From: Amoebophrya sp. A120
Taxonomy: Eukaryota > Protista > Dinoflagellata
DNA length: 64,000 bases
NCBI GenBank assembly: GCA_905178155.1
Contig: CAJINV010000016.1
Span: 1,455,386-1,519,385, forward strand
Direction: 5' to 3'
The position numbers were made by a program, and so were the translations under genes. The notes beneath the pieces were generated by a model. It was not told the origin of the DNA and did not search any database. It saw only the letters and a list, made by a program, of their open reading frames with translations. Positions within the stretch are counted from its first letter, which is position 1; each line of letters starts with the position of its first letter. Below, piece after piece: positions 13,501-23,520 of this stretch.

Positions 13501-13863
13501 CCGCATGAGAAATTCCCTCTGTCATGCTAAGCTAAAATGGATCTTTATTGCAATTCCAATTACGTACTAGAACTAGAAGTACGATACTTTTGCAGTTCAT
13601 AATCGGTTGGGCAAAACCCCAGAAGAAGATGAGCTATCCTCCTGTTTCGCCTGCAGGATTTCCTTCACTTTTGTGTTGATGCCGAATTTCAGATTTTGGA
13701 GTTCGGTGATGCGGTTGAAGAGCTGCTTGTCGTCTTGAAACATGTTGTTTTGGTTTTTTCCAAACGCGTAAATCTTCTCCGATTTACCGCCAATCACGAA
13801 GCTGTGCGCGGCGCCGACGGCCAGCTTCAGTGGGGGAGGGGGGAGCTGGTTCACGGTCGTCAT
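4539..13863 (-). CDS. RCC1-repeat protein with C-terminal IQGAP-like RasGAP-related and RasGAP_C domains (~1742 aa, 18 exons)
   Basis: Many RCC1 blades (e.g. VQCGAMHSGALTEGGALYVWGAGESGQTG, IACGEAHS...YTWGAASFGRLGHG), then IQGAP-like motifs (FEELVWSLQQQPAYLAEL, TLGQLYTQKVVKSI, ELQFTFS). Removing 16 introners (element + 5 nt) and one GT-AG intron (12994-13102) leaves 5229 nt in frame. Confidence 0.85.
4795..4966. mobile_element. Introner (non-canonical intron), family B, opposite orientation to other B copies
   Basis: Ends TATCCACAGTAAATTTCCCG...CGGGAAATTTGTATTGCATA; direct repeat (DR) TGAAC/TGAAC; excision gives ELQFTFSFNS. Confidence 0.9.
5467..6438. mobile_element. Introner family C carrying a nested ~0.8-kb GC-rich insertion
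   Basis: Ends TATGAACTGCAAAAATATCGCACT...AGTGCGATACTTTTGCAGTGCATA; DR CGTAG/TGTAA; excision gives PPDYVLTKK. Confidence 0.85.
5601..6407. repeat. Nested GC-rich foldback-like insertion inside an introner
   Basis: Flanked by TTATAC at 5595-5600 and 6408-6413; internal GAGAGG/CCTCTC inverted blocks and tandem CCCTCTCGCGC(C)A units at ~6110-6190. Confidence 0.6.
6591..6750. mobile_element. Introner family C
   Basis: TAT..ATA terminal inverted repeats (TIRs); DR TAGAA/TAGAA; excision gives KAYSMPEDP. Confidence 0.9.
7113..7265. mobile_element. Introner family C
   Basis: DR TGAAA/TGAAA; excision gives TIDVFTSHY. Confidence 0.9.
7344..7664. mobile_element. Introner family D (long ~40-bp TIR)
   Basis: TATGGATGTGTCAG..TCGACAAAGTTGAA / TTCAACTTTGTCGA..CTGACACATCCATA; degenerate DR CAGCG/GAACG; frame restored (VKPA(L/F)LQFCK). 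Confidence 0.85.
7932..8081. mobile_element. Introner family B
   Basis: DR CCGAT/CCGAT; excision gives ITIGLDLQL. Confidence 0.9.
8245..8400. mobile_element. Introner family C
   Basis: DR GTTGC/GTTGA; excision gives VEFNANLER. Confidence 0.88.
8695..8845. mobile_element. Introner family B
   Basis: DR ACCTT/ACCTT; excision gives TLKVMIKHE. Confidence 0.9.
9404..9521. mobile_element. Introner family E
   Basis: TIR TATCCACAGAAAAAGA(T/C)CCAT; degenerate DR TGCAC/TCCCC; frame restored (DEAGKEGEG). Confidence 0.82.
9798..10057. mobile_element. Introner family A
   Basis: TIR contains GTCTGGGTCTGG; DR CACCG/CACCG; excision gives LPGTVVQLATGPSH. Confidence 0.9.
10093..10373. mobile_element. Introner with altered left terminus and 11-bp direct repeat
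   Basis: Subterminal inverted repeat AAAACGTCCCCACC / GGTGGGGACGCTTTT; CGGCATCTGGA at 10088-10098 and 10374-10384; excision gives QIQMPEQLN. Confidence 0.82.
11275..11536. mobile_element. Introner family A
   Basis: DR ACTGC/ACTGC; excision rebuilds the RCC1 motif VKTVQCGAMHS. Confidence 0.92.
12185..12334. mobile_element. Introner family C
   Basis: DR GAAGC/GGAGC; excision gives TVC(S/F)QIACGEAHS. Confidence 0.88.
12366..12526. mobile_element. Introner family F
   Basis: TIR TATCA..GTGTTAAC; DR AAAGG/AAAGG; excision gives SWSLCATLN. Confidence 0.88.
12697..12958. mobile_element. Introner family A
   Basis: DR ATTCA/ATTCC; excision gives KIPEFGLDN. Confidence 0.9.
13424..13601. mobile_element. 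Introner family C
   Basis: DR ACCGG/ATCGG; excision gives LPNRCKIYQIA. Confidence 0.88.
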
Positions 13864-14769
13864 TTTGACGATCGATGGTTGGGTTTACAACTTGCAGGAA
13901 AGAGCCTTCGAGTTCGTTTATAGAAGACTTCAAATCTGCAAGATACGGCAGCGCTTCAATCGTGTCTCTTTGGTGTGTTTTACCCAATCCCGGCACCGGC
14001 CCGCTTTTTCGTTCTGCGCAGCTGCAGGTGCAGTGATGCGGTTTCCACAGCCGCACTTCGCGCAGGTAAAAACGCTGGAGGCATGTTTTGTATCTATCTT
14101 CAAGTTGAAGATGTAGAAGCTCTGAAATAAACTATCAGTGTTTGATCTCGTGGTGAACAGTTGATCATGGTGCTAGTAGCCTGATCTTCTTCATTTCCTG
14201 TAGCATCCTGCACTACCACATAGATACGTAGCCCTCGTCATTCTACTCCAGCACCCGATCTCCTCACTCAGCTAGGATCTGCGACCGACGTGAAGACTAG
14301 ATGTTCAATCAGTAGTCGCTGCGCCGGTCATCTGCTGCAGTAGGAACGTCGGCGACTCGGTCCAGCTAGTAAGCTGCACGCTTTCATCAGGTTTGTTTCC
14401 TGTCCATTTTTACTTCGGGAAAAGAGCGCCTCGTCGAAACACCACACAAGTGCAAGTTAGTCTTTTTCTCTGAAATTATTTGCTGTTCCCTCCGGAAGTC
14501 CTCGTGTATCAATCTTCCAAAGCAAAAATTTAACAGTAATTATCACGGCTAGAAGTTAGAAACATTGCTATCGGCATCGAACCACTGCACAAAATCAAAA
14601 CCTTGCCTAGAAATAAAATTATCGAAACTAGAAGCTATCATCAAAACAGAACCGTTTGAAATTATCCAAAAATTTTTCTGTGTAAAATCAGTTTTCGAAA
14701 AAAACACAGTCGGATTACATCAGTATCATTCATCTTCGTCGCCATTCCGCCAGCTTCCCAGCAAAATCT

Positions 14770-16560
14770 TCAAAATCCCGCAATTCTCATCTCCTGCTGC
14801 ACTAATGGCTCCTTCTCCGCAGATGGTTTTTTTTCGTTTTCCTCTACTGCCTTGCGCATCAAATCTTCCAACGTGACAATCTCAATTTTCTTCTCGACCG
14901 CACTTTTGTACTTGGACGTCAATTTCACGTCTTTGCCCATGCTATCCGTCTTCTCGTTCAGCAAGACACAGTAGCTCGTTTTCCGTGAAACCCCCGTTGC
15001 AACCTTGGCTCCGTAGGTCTCGAACAGTTTGGTGACATCCTGGATAGTTGCTTTTTCACCAATGTTGTTGTTGACCTTCACATTGCAGGCTGCATGTATG
15101 TTCATGTAGGTGAACAAGATATCACTGTCCAGCACACAACTGTAGTTGAAAAAACGATGAAAAACTACTGTACATCCTTTCCCCACGGAGTGGCCCCCGT
15201 GTAGACGATATTTTTCCCCTGGAGAAAGTTCTTTGGTGCTTCGAAAACTGTGGGCTCGGTGTCCAGCATGGCCGGGTTTTGTCTTGCGTAGAGTGCGTAG
15301 GCCTGATTTATTCAACATGAGGGAAGTGTAGAGCTTTGAATGCAACTGCTCATCAATGTCTTCCCAACAAGTGCACACTGTTCATTGAAGTTTTACTTTC
15401 AAAAAATGTAAGTTGTAGTACCACAAATCGCAGCTGCCCACTCGACAGTGGTCTTTCCGCCTTCTCGAAAGCTTGCCTGACCATCCAGTCCACGTATTGC
15501 CCTTCACTCGTGCACACTTCTTGGAACGTTTTCTCTGCGTGGCGGCCGAAATCTAGTTTTTCTGAGCCCTGCACCGGCCCGGAGATCTTCTGGGGAAAAG
15601 GCTTCTTCTGGAAGGAAGATTTCCTGTTGGTTTTGATAGCAATAACATGTTGCGAAGCTTTCATCTGCAATGATCCTCAAAGATTGTAGAGCTTCATCGA
15701 TGTATCAAATTTGAAAGAGCATATGATCATAAACATGAAAGGTCGTGACGATCGTGTTCATGAGCAAAAAGACGATACGCGCCATAGCTTCCTTTCCCGC
15801 CACTGTATCCACCTCCATAGCCGCCTTTTGATTTGTAGCTGTTGTTCCAGCCACCTCCTCCACCGCCGCCGCCGCCCCACGAGGATTTCCCCCAGGAGTT
15901 CCCGCCTTTCCCGTAGCCCTTGCCACCCCCACGCCACCCGCCCTTGTCGTTGTCGGATGAGGACCAATATCCTGTGCAAAAGCATCGCATTCGTAGCAAT
16001 CGCAGTCACGCATTACAAATCTCCATCCCAAGGCAAATCAGCATGACAAATTCCGTTTCTCGTGCTCAGCTAATTTGTCATGCGGTTTATACTACTACGA
16101 TACTTTTGCAACGCATAACCAACTGTTGCGTTTCCAAGCGGATTGGTTTCTTATGCCGTCGGGGCTGTCGTGGTTTTATGTTGTTGTATCATCATGTGGT
16201 CATGTTTTGTTTGTTAATCATTGTTCAGCACAACTTCGCAGTAGTAGACTTGAATTGCGTCGCAACAAGAACAGGATGAAACAGGTCTCAACTAGAATAC
16301 GGAATCTCATCCCCTTGCGCATACGGACTCACGGACGGGTCTGCGCCGGGTAGAACGGATTTCAAACCTCCCGCACCATGATCACCCCCTGCATTCACAT
16401 CAGAAGACGCTGAAGTGTCCACTTTTGCGGCGTTGCCAGCAGCGAAGCCAAAATTTCGTCGAGTAGAGCCGGATATCAACGGGTTGATTCGCTGCAGCGC
16501 TGAAAATCGGCTGCTGGCAGCTCGCGAAGAGCTGAGCAGCTGCACCGCTGCGGTTGACAT
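14770..16560 (-). CDS. BRCT-domain protein with mitochondrial-type presequence, Gly/aromatic-rich segment and ExoX-C-like FGxH motif (~363 aa)
   Basis: GT-AG introns at 16165-16300, 15624-15778, 15303-15421 and 15040-15173 plus introner 15968-16117 leave 1092 nt in frame. BRCT rebuilt: FLQGKNIVYTG...DVTKLFETYGAKVATGVSRKTSY...SKYKSAVEKKIEIV. Also LDFGRHAEKTFQEV...YVDW. Confidence 0.72.
15968..16117. mobile_element. Introner family C
   Basis: DR ACCAA/ACCAA; excision gives RNSWSSSDN. Confidence 0.9.
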
Positions 16561-17220
16561 GGTGTTGGAGCGTGGTGATGTGTGGTCACAACATTTCTTG
16601 GATTATTTTGTCTTATCTTTGCTTGCTCTAAGTGTCCGACTCCTAGCCGTAAAAGCGCTGGAAAATAGAGCGCTTTTACTTAACAATCATGATCATCCAC
16701 TACTCTCTTCGCAGAAGTATTCCTCTCAGTATCATTTGGCTCACTCTACAACTTCCTGCACCGTTGTGATCATCGTCCCCGTCGTCCCCTAAGATTTGCG
16801 AAGAAAGGCCAATAAACCATCTGCATCTGCATTGCTATCGTAAGAAGTACTGTTCCCTAATTGCAGTGCATCGCTTTCGACGCACCGCTGCGTTTGCGAA
16901 CAAGCTGGTGCAGCACGGTGTGCTACAGGAGCATCCCATCGCGCGTGACTACAACCAGTAATCTTTAATCTCAAGTATTCTTGGTATAGCGCTGGTGCAA
17001 AGCATCTTTTTATTACGGCGGAGGCCAAGGATCTTGCAGATGATCGACTCTGCGAAGTTTCAGCAACAATCAGTTTTCTGGGTTTTTGTAACATCAGTAC
17101 CATGATATTATGCAGCATCTTTTTATGCGTTCTGTTGCAGCTTCGACGTGCATCATCACTCCTGCTGCACACACACACGCACCAAAACTGCAGATGATCG
17201 AGACGACAGGCCCAAACCGC

Positions 17221-18575
17221 TCACTGCCCCCTAAATCGCCCCTTGCGTGTGCGCCGCGGATCAGCGGTTGCAGTGCTGCCTTTCGACTTCTTGCCGTAGC
17301 CAGAACCCGACTCTGACTCCTCTACTGCAACTGATTCTCCCTCACTTTCCCTGCTACTTTTCTTCCCCCTCCCACCGGAACTACTTTCAAAGTTCACAGA
17401 GCCATGGTCCTTTCTATCGGAAGAAGAGGAGGAGGAGGAGGAACTGTGGCTGCTACCACCGGAGGTTTCATTGTCTTCATGATCGTGCCCGCGCTTCGTA
17501 GTGCTACCGCTTTCGCCCTCGGAAGTTGAAGAGGATTTGGATCGCGACGAAGATGCGCCACTAGATGAAGAAGCGGATTCCTGTTCAGGAGAACTTCTAC
17601 TTGTCCTTGAACTCGACGGGACTTTGTGCAGGTATTTCGACTGGTTATGATCCTCGTCGTGGTCTTCCACGTCGGAGTGATGACCTCGACTAGTACCATG
17701 CCTCTCCTCATCATCGTGATCCACCTTCGCGGCCTTCGGCGCTCTGGTCGCGTATTTCGAAGGCACCCTCGGTATTGTATGCGGCTGACTTGCGTCCATG
17801 CCGGGTGGGAAAGGATTTCCATCCTGGGGCACGTATTGCATCATGTGGTGGACCGCCCAAACGAGGAAGAGAATGGAGGAGGAAGCGACGGCTAGCGTGA
17901 AGTTCTTCTGCCCGGCCTCGCGGGTCAGCACTTTTGAATGAGGAGTCTGGAAGTGCCTGTGAAGGTGGTTGCCTTGATATTGCGCGATAAGACCGTAGAA
18001 CTAGAAGGTTATTACATTTGCGATAAAAGCAAGACAGAAACAGTTCCTCATGTGTAAATTGCAACAGCAGTAAAGGCAAGAACCACGCATAAGTAAATTC
18101 TACATGAGCGCGCCTATCCACCAGATAAAGGGTGGGCAAAAAATCCCGAGACAGCAGATCCATTTTTGCACCGCTGGGTCGTCCTCCTCGTAGAGCGCAA
18201 GTCGGTCCTTGAGCTTCATGCGGGAGCTCGGTAATTGCCCGGAACTGGATTCAGAGGAGGCGAACTGGTATTTTTGGTGGGATGAATTTCAATTTTCTGT
18301 ATTGCAAAACGGCAGGAGACACTGGCATCTTAAAGTGAAGGGCTTCTAGTTGTTCTGCATGACAAGTAAGCAAAACTCACCTTTGGCAGCTCCATCTCAA
18401 CACCAGAGCCGAAAACCTGTGGTATCCAGGAAAAAACAGCCATCCCCATCCAATTTGTCATGCAAAACATACATAAAATCCACTATTTGTCATGCAAAAA
18501 ATGGATGGGGATGGGTGTTTTTTCCTGGATATGTGGCACAGGTGGCTCGTAGCTTATGCGATCGTAGGAGACCAT
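17221..18575 (-). CDS. Small membrane protein with Cys-rich TM segment and Ser/His-rich tail (~325 aa)
   Basis: Removing introner 18423-18531 and GT-AG introns 18265-18380 and 17957-18103 leaves 978 nt in frame; TM segments WICCLGIFCPPFIWWIGALM and FTLAVASSSILFLVWAV. Confidence 0.62.
18423..18531. mobile_element. Introner family E (near-palindromic, 109 bp)
   Basis: TATCCAGGAAAAAACA.CCATCCCCATCC / GGATGGGGATGG.TGTTTTTTCCTGGATA; DR TGTGG/TGTGG; excision gives PPVPQVFGS. Confidence 0.88.
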
Positions 18576-19216
18576 AGTTTCTTGTGCAGCCTCTTTGATG
18601 TCCTACGATGCTTTTGATCCATGACCTAAAGTGGTAAAGTATTGCGCAGATGACAAAGATGGGATGTCACATCAAAGACGGGTCTCTTCAAGAAGGTAGA
18701 TCATCTGCGCTTGCGCAAGCGTTTTCGTGTCAAGCATTATTCATCAAGGTTGCCTCTTTACAAGGGGAGAACCCACAAAAGAAACCGGATCGAAAAGGAA
18801 ACAGATCGACAACAACACACAGAAAATCACACCAGTTCTTCTGAGGAAACATCTTCCATCTACAAATGCGAGCCGCCTGTTGATTTCCAGGCGTGGAGAA
18901 GAACCTGCCGAAGAAGAACACCGAAACGCATTTCCATGAAGCAGGGTTTGCAATCGCAAGATCAAGAACCTCGCTTGAAATCCATGTTCCATCTTAAAAA
19001 TCTTTCGGAGTGAAAATTTGTGTTTGGATTTTCATACACAGAGGCGGGTCGTGGTCAATGAAAGCTGGTCGTCGTGTATTTCTATTTTGGTGGGAGGGGT
19101 AGCTACTCCCAAGTCATGTGTTCGGCTTCGACCGCTGGGACAACAGAACATCAAAACTAGGATGTAATCACAGGGTCCGCGTTCTGAATATTGAAGCAAA
19201 ATTTGGAAAACAAATT

Positions 19217-22200
19217 TCAGAAACTTAACTGTGGGGCAAAGCTGAGCCTCTTTGGGTCAAAAAGGAAACACGGTACTCTGCGACGTAAATTTCTAACTGC
19301 GACCCGGGTCGCAACTTGCTGTAACTCTGTCCGGAATTCTTCTGGTAATGAAGCGCGAGTGTTGGTGGAATCATCTACCAACGAGTTGCTGCTGCTAGTA
19401 TCTTCATCCTGCTCCGGTATCAGCAAAGCGTTGAGAGCTAGGTTCAACGCGTAATGCTCTTTGTCCGCCATCAGTGTGTTCGTTGCGTCGCGTTGATTCC
19501 CTAAAGGGGAAGAAATTTGACTCGGGGACAATTCTGGTTGTACAAAAGCCGCACTCATTGCCCTCGTCGCGCTGAAAGGCGACAGGCTAGAGATCGACTC
19601 AAGCATAGCGGTTGCGTGAACGGTTAATGGGTTGTTCGTCATGGTCATTGGACCTCCTGCGCTGAAAGATGAATCGGTCGTCGGGAAAGTGAAGTTGGTG
19701 GCTGTGCTTCCACTTCCCCTTCCCCCACTCCCAATGCTGGAAAAGCGCAAGCTGCCCTCCTTCCGAACCGCGGAGGCACGGATAACGCGTCCAGAAGAGC
19801 CGCAAGCGTCGTAGGTCAAGTAGGTTAAGTCTTGGAACATCACACAGTGGCGCCACAAGATCTCGGTGAGAAGCGTTTCAATCTCGTCGATCGGCTTTAA
19901 TTTGATTGGTTTTATAGTGGCGGTTTGAGGTTGAGTTCTTGATGGCGGGTTTTTGCTCATCATCAACTTCGAGGAACTAGTGCCCCCTTGTGCTGCTACA
20001 GGGCCTCGCTGTTCGACGTTTCCGTAGGTTTCGTACAAATTCAAAAACTCGGTGCAATTTTTCAAAACTTCCCTGTTCCCGGTCTTTTCCCGAAAAGCAG
20101 TCAGGACACTTTTCACGTAATTTTTGAAACATTGGTACAGCTCCATTCCGTCGGTGACTAGTGGTAAACTTGCCATCTCCACGTCAAATTGCACGATCTC
20201 TGGGTGAAGTAAGGAAACAGCCGGCAAACTTCTCGGTGTTTTGAAGTCTTCTGATGGGAATCTGATTCTTTCATCGTCACTGTCCTCATCCTCTGGCGGA
20301 GTAACAAAAACCGCTTCTTCCACCCGAATTTCCCCGTTTTCATCAGCCAGGTTGACGCTGGAAGGACGGATGGAACCACCTGTCAACATCTCGGGGGAAA
20401 ACATGAACATTCCACCCCTGGAAGTTCCCTCCTCGTCCTGATGTGCCGGCTCTTCCTCATTCTGCTCTGGTTCTTCTTTGCTGAGGACGTGGTTGCTTAC
20501 AAGCCAGGAAAAGACATAGGATTGGATCGACTGGTCCTTGGCGCTGATTCGACGGGGAGGCGGGTTTGTTCTTTTGTTCTGCTGGTTCGACATCAGGGGA
20601 GGTGATCCTGGAAGTAAAAAATTCGGTGAAGGTGCCCGTTCCTGTCGTGCTGTGACAAAATTGTAAATTTCCGGGCCGTTGCTCATTTTCTCGTCTTCAG
20701 TGTCCTCGACGTCGAGAAGAAGGTCGTGATCTTGCTCTTCCAGTTGCACCTGCTCTTCCGTGCTTTCATCCTCAGGAACAGCAGCCTCAATGGGCGGCGG
20801 CCCAAGGTCAAGGCCACCATCCAGAACTATTTCGCGAGGAGCTGCTGGTGCAACAGGAACACCAGCAGGCTTCTGATTCAGATTCTGTTTCTTGTCCGCC
20901 GCGGAGGGCATAATTTGCTTACTCGTCCTACTTGTAATCCGGTTCCCATTCATCTGAATCTGCGCCAGCAACTCCGCAAACTTTTTCGAAATGTCGTCAT
21001 ACCCAACTTCTTTCGCCTTGGCGAACAAATCCGTCACAACCTCTGCGAAACTCGAGTCGGAAAAACCGAGGAGTTTCTGCAGAATCCCAGTGGAAAACAA
21101 AGACACAATCGATCGGTTATTGGCCGCAGCGGTTTCCCCGCGGCCGTAAAAGGGCTCGAATAGCGCTGCAAGAAGCTGCTGCTTGTTCTTCCGTGCAGTA
21201 GAACTGGCGTCTTGATCATCTGCAGCTTGCTCACCAGCTGCTGTATTTGACGATGATGTCGTTGTCGACAAACAAAAGCACATCCGGCTGTTTTGCACTA
21301 ACGCCGCCACCAACTTCCGCAATAATAACGTCACATACAGCGACGATCGGAAATGAAACTTCGTCCGGTCCCACACGGCAACTTTCCGCACATCTTCCTC
21401 CTTCTGCTGGAAAGAAGTCACCGGGATTTCAATTTGATGTTCCAATCCCTTTCTCTTCGCAACCTGCATCTGCTCTAGCACGGTTAAGGGTTTCAGCAAC
21501 AACCGCTGCGCCTCGCAGTTCCAGAAGCCCAATAATTGCCTCCTCTCGTCGAAGAATGCAACGGAGCCGTATCTTTCAACGTTCACCTCCACCGGGAATT
21601 GCGACAGGTAGCTGCAGTCGCAGATGTAGGCAGTTTGTTTCGGGTAAGAGGAGAACGTGCGGGGGATGGAAACAGATAGCTCGCCATAATTGGAGGCACT
21701 CTCATGAAAGGCTTTTGCGCTGAAGGACTCGAGAAACCATTGGCCGTGCAGGGAGAAACAGAGATCTGCGATGGCGGAATCGGAAACGATCTCGTAGTCG
21801 GGAAGAGAGAAGCTTTCTTCTAGCTTTTCATCTCCTCCTGGTGCACCAGCCGCAGATGTGTTACGAATCATACCACTATCCCGCTTCTTCGCCACCGGCG
21901 GTGGGATCTCCTCGGAAGAGAACAACTGCTGGCGAAAAGAGCTCGCGTCTTCTACGTTGGCAAACCACGAGAGGCGCTTTGGGTCGATGGTCGACAGAGA
22001 AGTTGTCGTATTTTTGTGTGCGCCGTTGCTGGCTTCAGGAGTGTCAATGTCATCGAGCTGCCCGCCGTCGTCCTCAGGCTTGCTTTCCTCTGACGCACTA
22101 TTATCCTTCAGTTTCTTCTCCAACTCGGACCGGAACAGCTTGCGAAAGTCCGCCGCGTCGACCTCGTTCGAAACGATAGCGTCTGACTGTGAAGCCGATG

Positions 22201-22966
22201 GAGATGATCCTGCTCCTGCCTTTGGAAGCGCGATCTTCAAATGTTCCAATAACTCCGGGTAACTGTTTTCTGCGATAGCGGACCGGGGCAGATCCAACGC
22301 AGTCTGGATGGAAGAAAACTCAATAGTGTTTGGGTTCTTTTTGCCAGGTTCAAAATTTTTGGAACTGCTATCTTCCCCTAATGCTTTTGCTGTCTGCTTC
22401 TCCTCGTCATCTCCCTGCAGTACTAGTTCTGTCGCTGCACTTTCTGCTCTCGATCGCAAAACTCGTCTTCTGTACGCTTTTGCGAGAGAAATAAATCTCA
22501 ACGCCAAGTCGTCTTCCCCGTCCTCCGCGAACAGCTCCGCCAGGCTGCTGGCGGTTTCCACGTAGTGAAATCGAGATTTTTTCAACGCGGCAAGCTTGCT
22601 CCCTTTTGACGGCTTTCTGCTTTGTGACGCGTTTTTGGTCGAGGCACGGTCGTGGAGAGAGGAGTCGTGGTTCTGCTTGTTTCCGTTATCGGTTTTCACA
22701 ATATTACCAGCTTCGAGTTGGACAAGTTGATCTTCTGAACTAGAAGTCCCTTGCTCCTCCCCCGGATTGAGCTTTTGCGCATTCCTGTTCTGACTTGCTT
22801 CCTCACCTTCTGGGCCTTGCTTGGAGCGTTGCTGGCTCTTCGAAGAACCCCTGCTCCTGTATAGGTCGGAAGGCGCATCCTCGTCGGGTCTGTTTGTGGA
22901 GTTATTTTCCAAGCTACCTCCGCCGCAGATGCTGCATACGGGAAGGCAGCGAAGAAAACCGCTCAT
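19217..22966 (-). CDS. Large intronless protein (1249 aa), possibly a degenerate lipoxygenase-like fold with low-complexity inserts
   Basis: Single long ORF. Segments ERYGSVAFFD, WDRTKFHFRSSLYVT and IETLLTEILW resemble lipoxygenase-like proteins by eye; Fe-ligand histidines are not apparent. The product call is tentative. Confidence 0.7.
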   Translation of the reverse strand: MSGFLRCLPVCSICGGGSLENNSTNRPDEDAPSDLYRSRGSSKSQQRSKQGPEGEEASQNRNAQKLNPGEEQGTSSSEDQLVQLEAGNIVKTDNGNKQNHDSSLHDRASTKNASQSRKPSKGSKLAALKKSRFHYVETASSLAELFAEDGEDDLALRFISLAKAYRRRVLRSRAESAATELVLQGDDEEKQTAKALGEDSSSKNFEPGKKNPNTIEFSSIQTALDLPRSAIAENSYPELLEHLKIALPKAGAGSSPSASQSDAIVSNEVDAADFRKLFRSELEKKLKDNSASEESKPEDDGGQLDDIDTPEASNGAHKNTTTSLSTIDPKRLSWFANVEDASSFRQQLFSSEEIPPPVAKKRDSGMIRNTSAAGAPGGDEKLEESFSLPDYEIVSDSAIADLCFSLHGQWFLESFSAKAFHESASNYGELSVSIPRTFSSYPKQTAYICDCSYLSQFPVEVNVERYGSVAFFDERRQLLGFWNCEAQRLLLKPLTVLEQMQVAKRKGLEHQIEIPVTSFQQKEEDVRKVAVWDRTKFHFRSSLYVTLLLRKLVAALVQNSRMCFCLSTTTSSSNTAAGEQAADDQDASSTARKNKQQLLAALFEPFYGRGETAAANNRSIVSLFSTGILQKLLGFSDSSFAEVVTDLFAKAKEVGYDDISKKFAELLAQIQMNGNRITSRTSKQIMPSAADKKQNLNQKPAGVPVAPAAPREIVLDGGLDLGPPPIEAAVPEDESTEEQVQLEEQDHDLLLDVEDTEDEKMSNGPEIYNFVTARQERAPSPNFLLPGSPPLMSNQQNKRTNPPPRRISAKDQSIQSYVFSWLVSNHVLSKEEPEQNEEEPAHQDEEGTSRGGMFMFSPEMLTGGSIRPSSVNLADENGEIRVEEAVFVTPPEDEDSDDERIRFPSEDFKTPRSLPAVSLLHPEIVQFDVEMASLPLVTDGMELYQCFKNYVKSVLTAFREKTGNREVLKNCTEFLNLYETYGNVEQRGPVAAQGGTSSSKLMMSKNPPSRTQPQTATIKPIKLKPIDEIETLLTEILWRHCVMFQDLTYLTYDACGSSGRVIRASAVRKEGSLRFSSIGSGGRGSGSTATNFTFPTTDSSFSAGGPMTMTNNPLTVHATAMLESISSLSPFSATRAMSAAFVQPELSPSQISSPLGNQRDATNTLMADKEHYALNLALNALLIPEQDEDTSSSNSLVDDSTNTRASLPEEFRTELQQVATRVAVRNLRRRVPCFLFDPKRLSFAPQLSF

Positions 22967-23520
22967 AGTCTATACCTGGGGCTTCTACTTAAGAAAAAGT
23001 GACTTTAAGTTTACAAGAGGGTTTGGAGCTGTGAAGATGAAACAAAAGTTTGTAGCTAGGTGGGACTTGCAAACTGAAAGAGAGGGGGGGTATGGGCAGG
23101 CCGTGTTAACGAGGTTGAAACTGACACTGAAAAACAGGAACTTGAATCATATCTGTGCGATAGAAAATTTGGATATCTATGCGAAGAGTCGTGTGTTGAA
23201 TGAGCATGAACATAAAGTCGTGGACAGTGGGAATATGAGGGACTGAGAGTGCGACGAAGCTGTAAAGTGTACGCACCAGCGACAAGGTGGACGACAGAGT
23301 AACACAACGAGTGTACGATCATGAACGAAAAAAATGTACGTTGAGTATGACGATGGAAGAACAACTACGCAGAAGAGCAACAGGAAGAACTACGACAAAC
23401 ACGAATTATGAGTGAAATAAAAATCAGAAGAATGATTTAACCACGAAGACTAGGCTAGCAACAAAGACGAGGAGATAATTTTTTTCATCTCCGTCCTCGT
23501 AGGCGGCACAGCGCATGTGT

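Noticed and set aside
15353-15378. Apparent frameshift or pseudogene between the 15353-15670 and 14770-15378 ORFs
   Set aside because: Resolved by GT-AG introns 15303-15421 and 15040-15173.
15703-15777. Possible extra TAT...ATA introner
   Set aside because: No extended TIR and no convincing direct repeat; it lies within a GT-AG intron.
12994-18103. Apparent non-canonical introns at ~13024-13102 and ~18001-18102
   Set aside because: Downstream CAG acceptors (12994, 17957) give ordinary GT-AG introns with better protein motifs.
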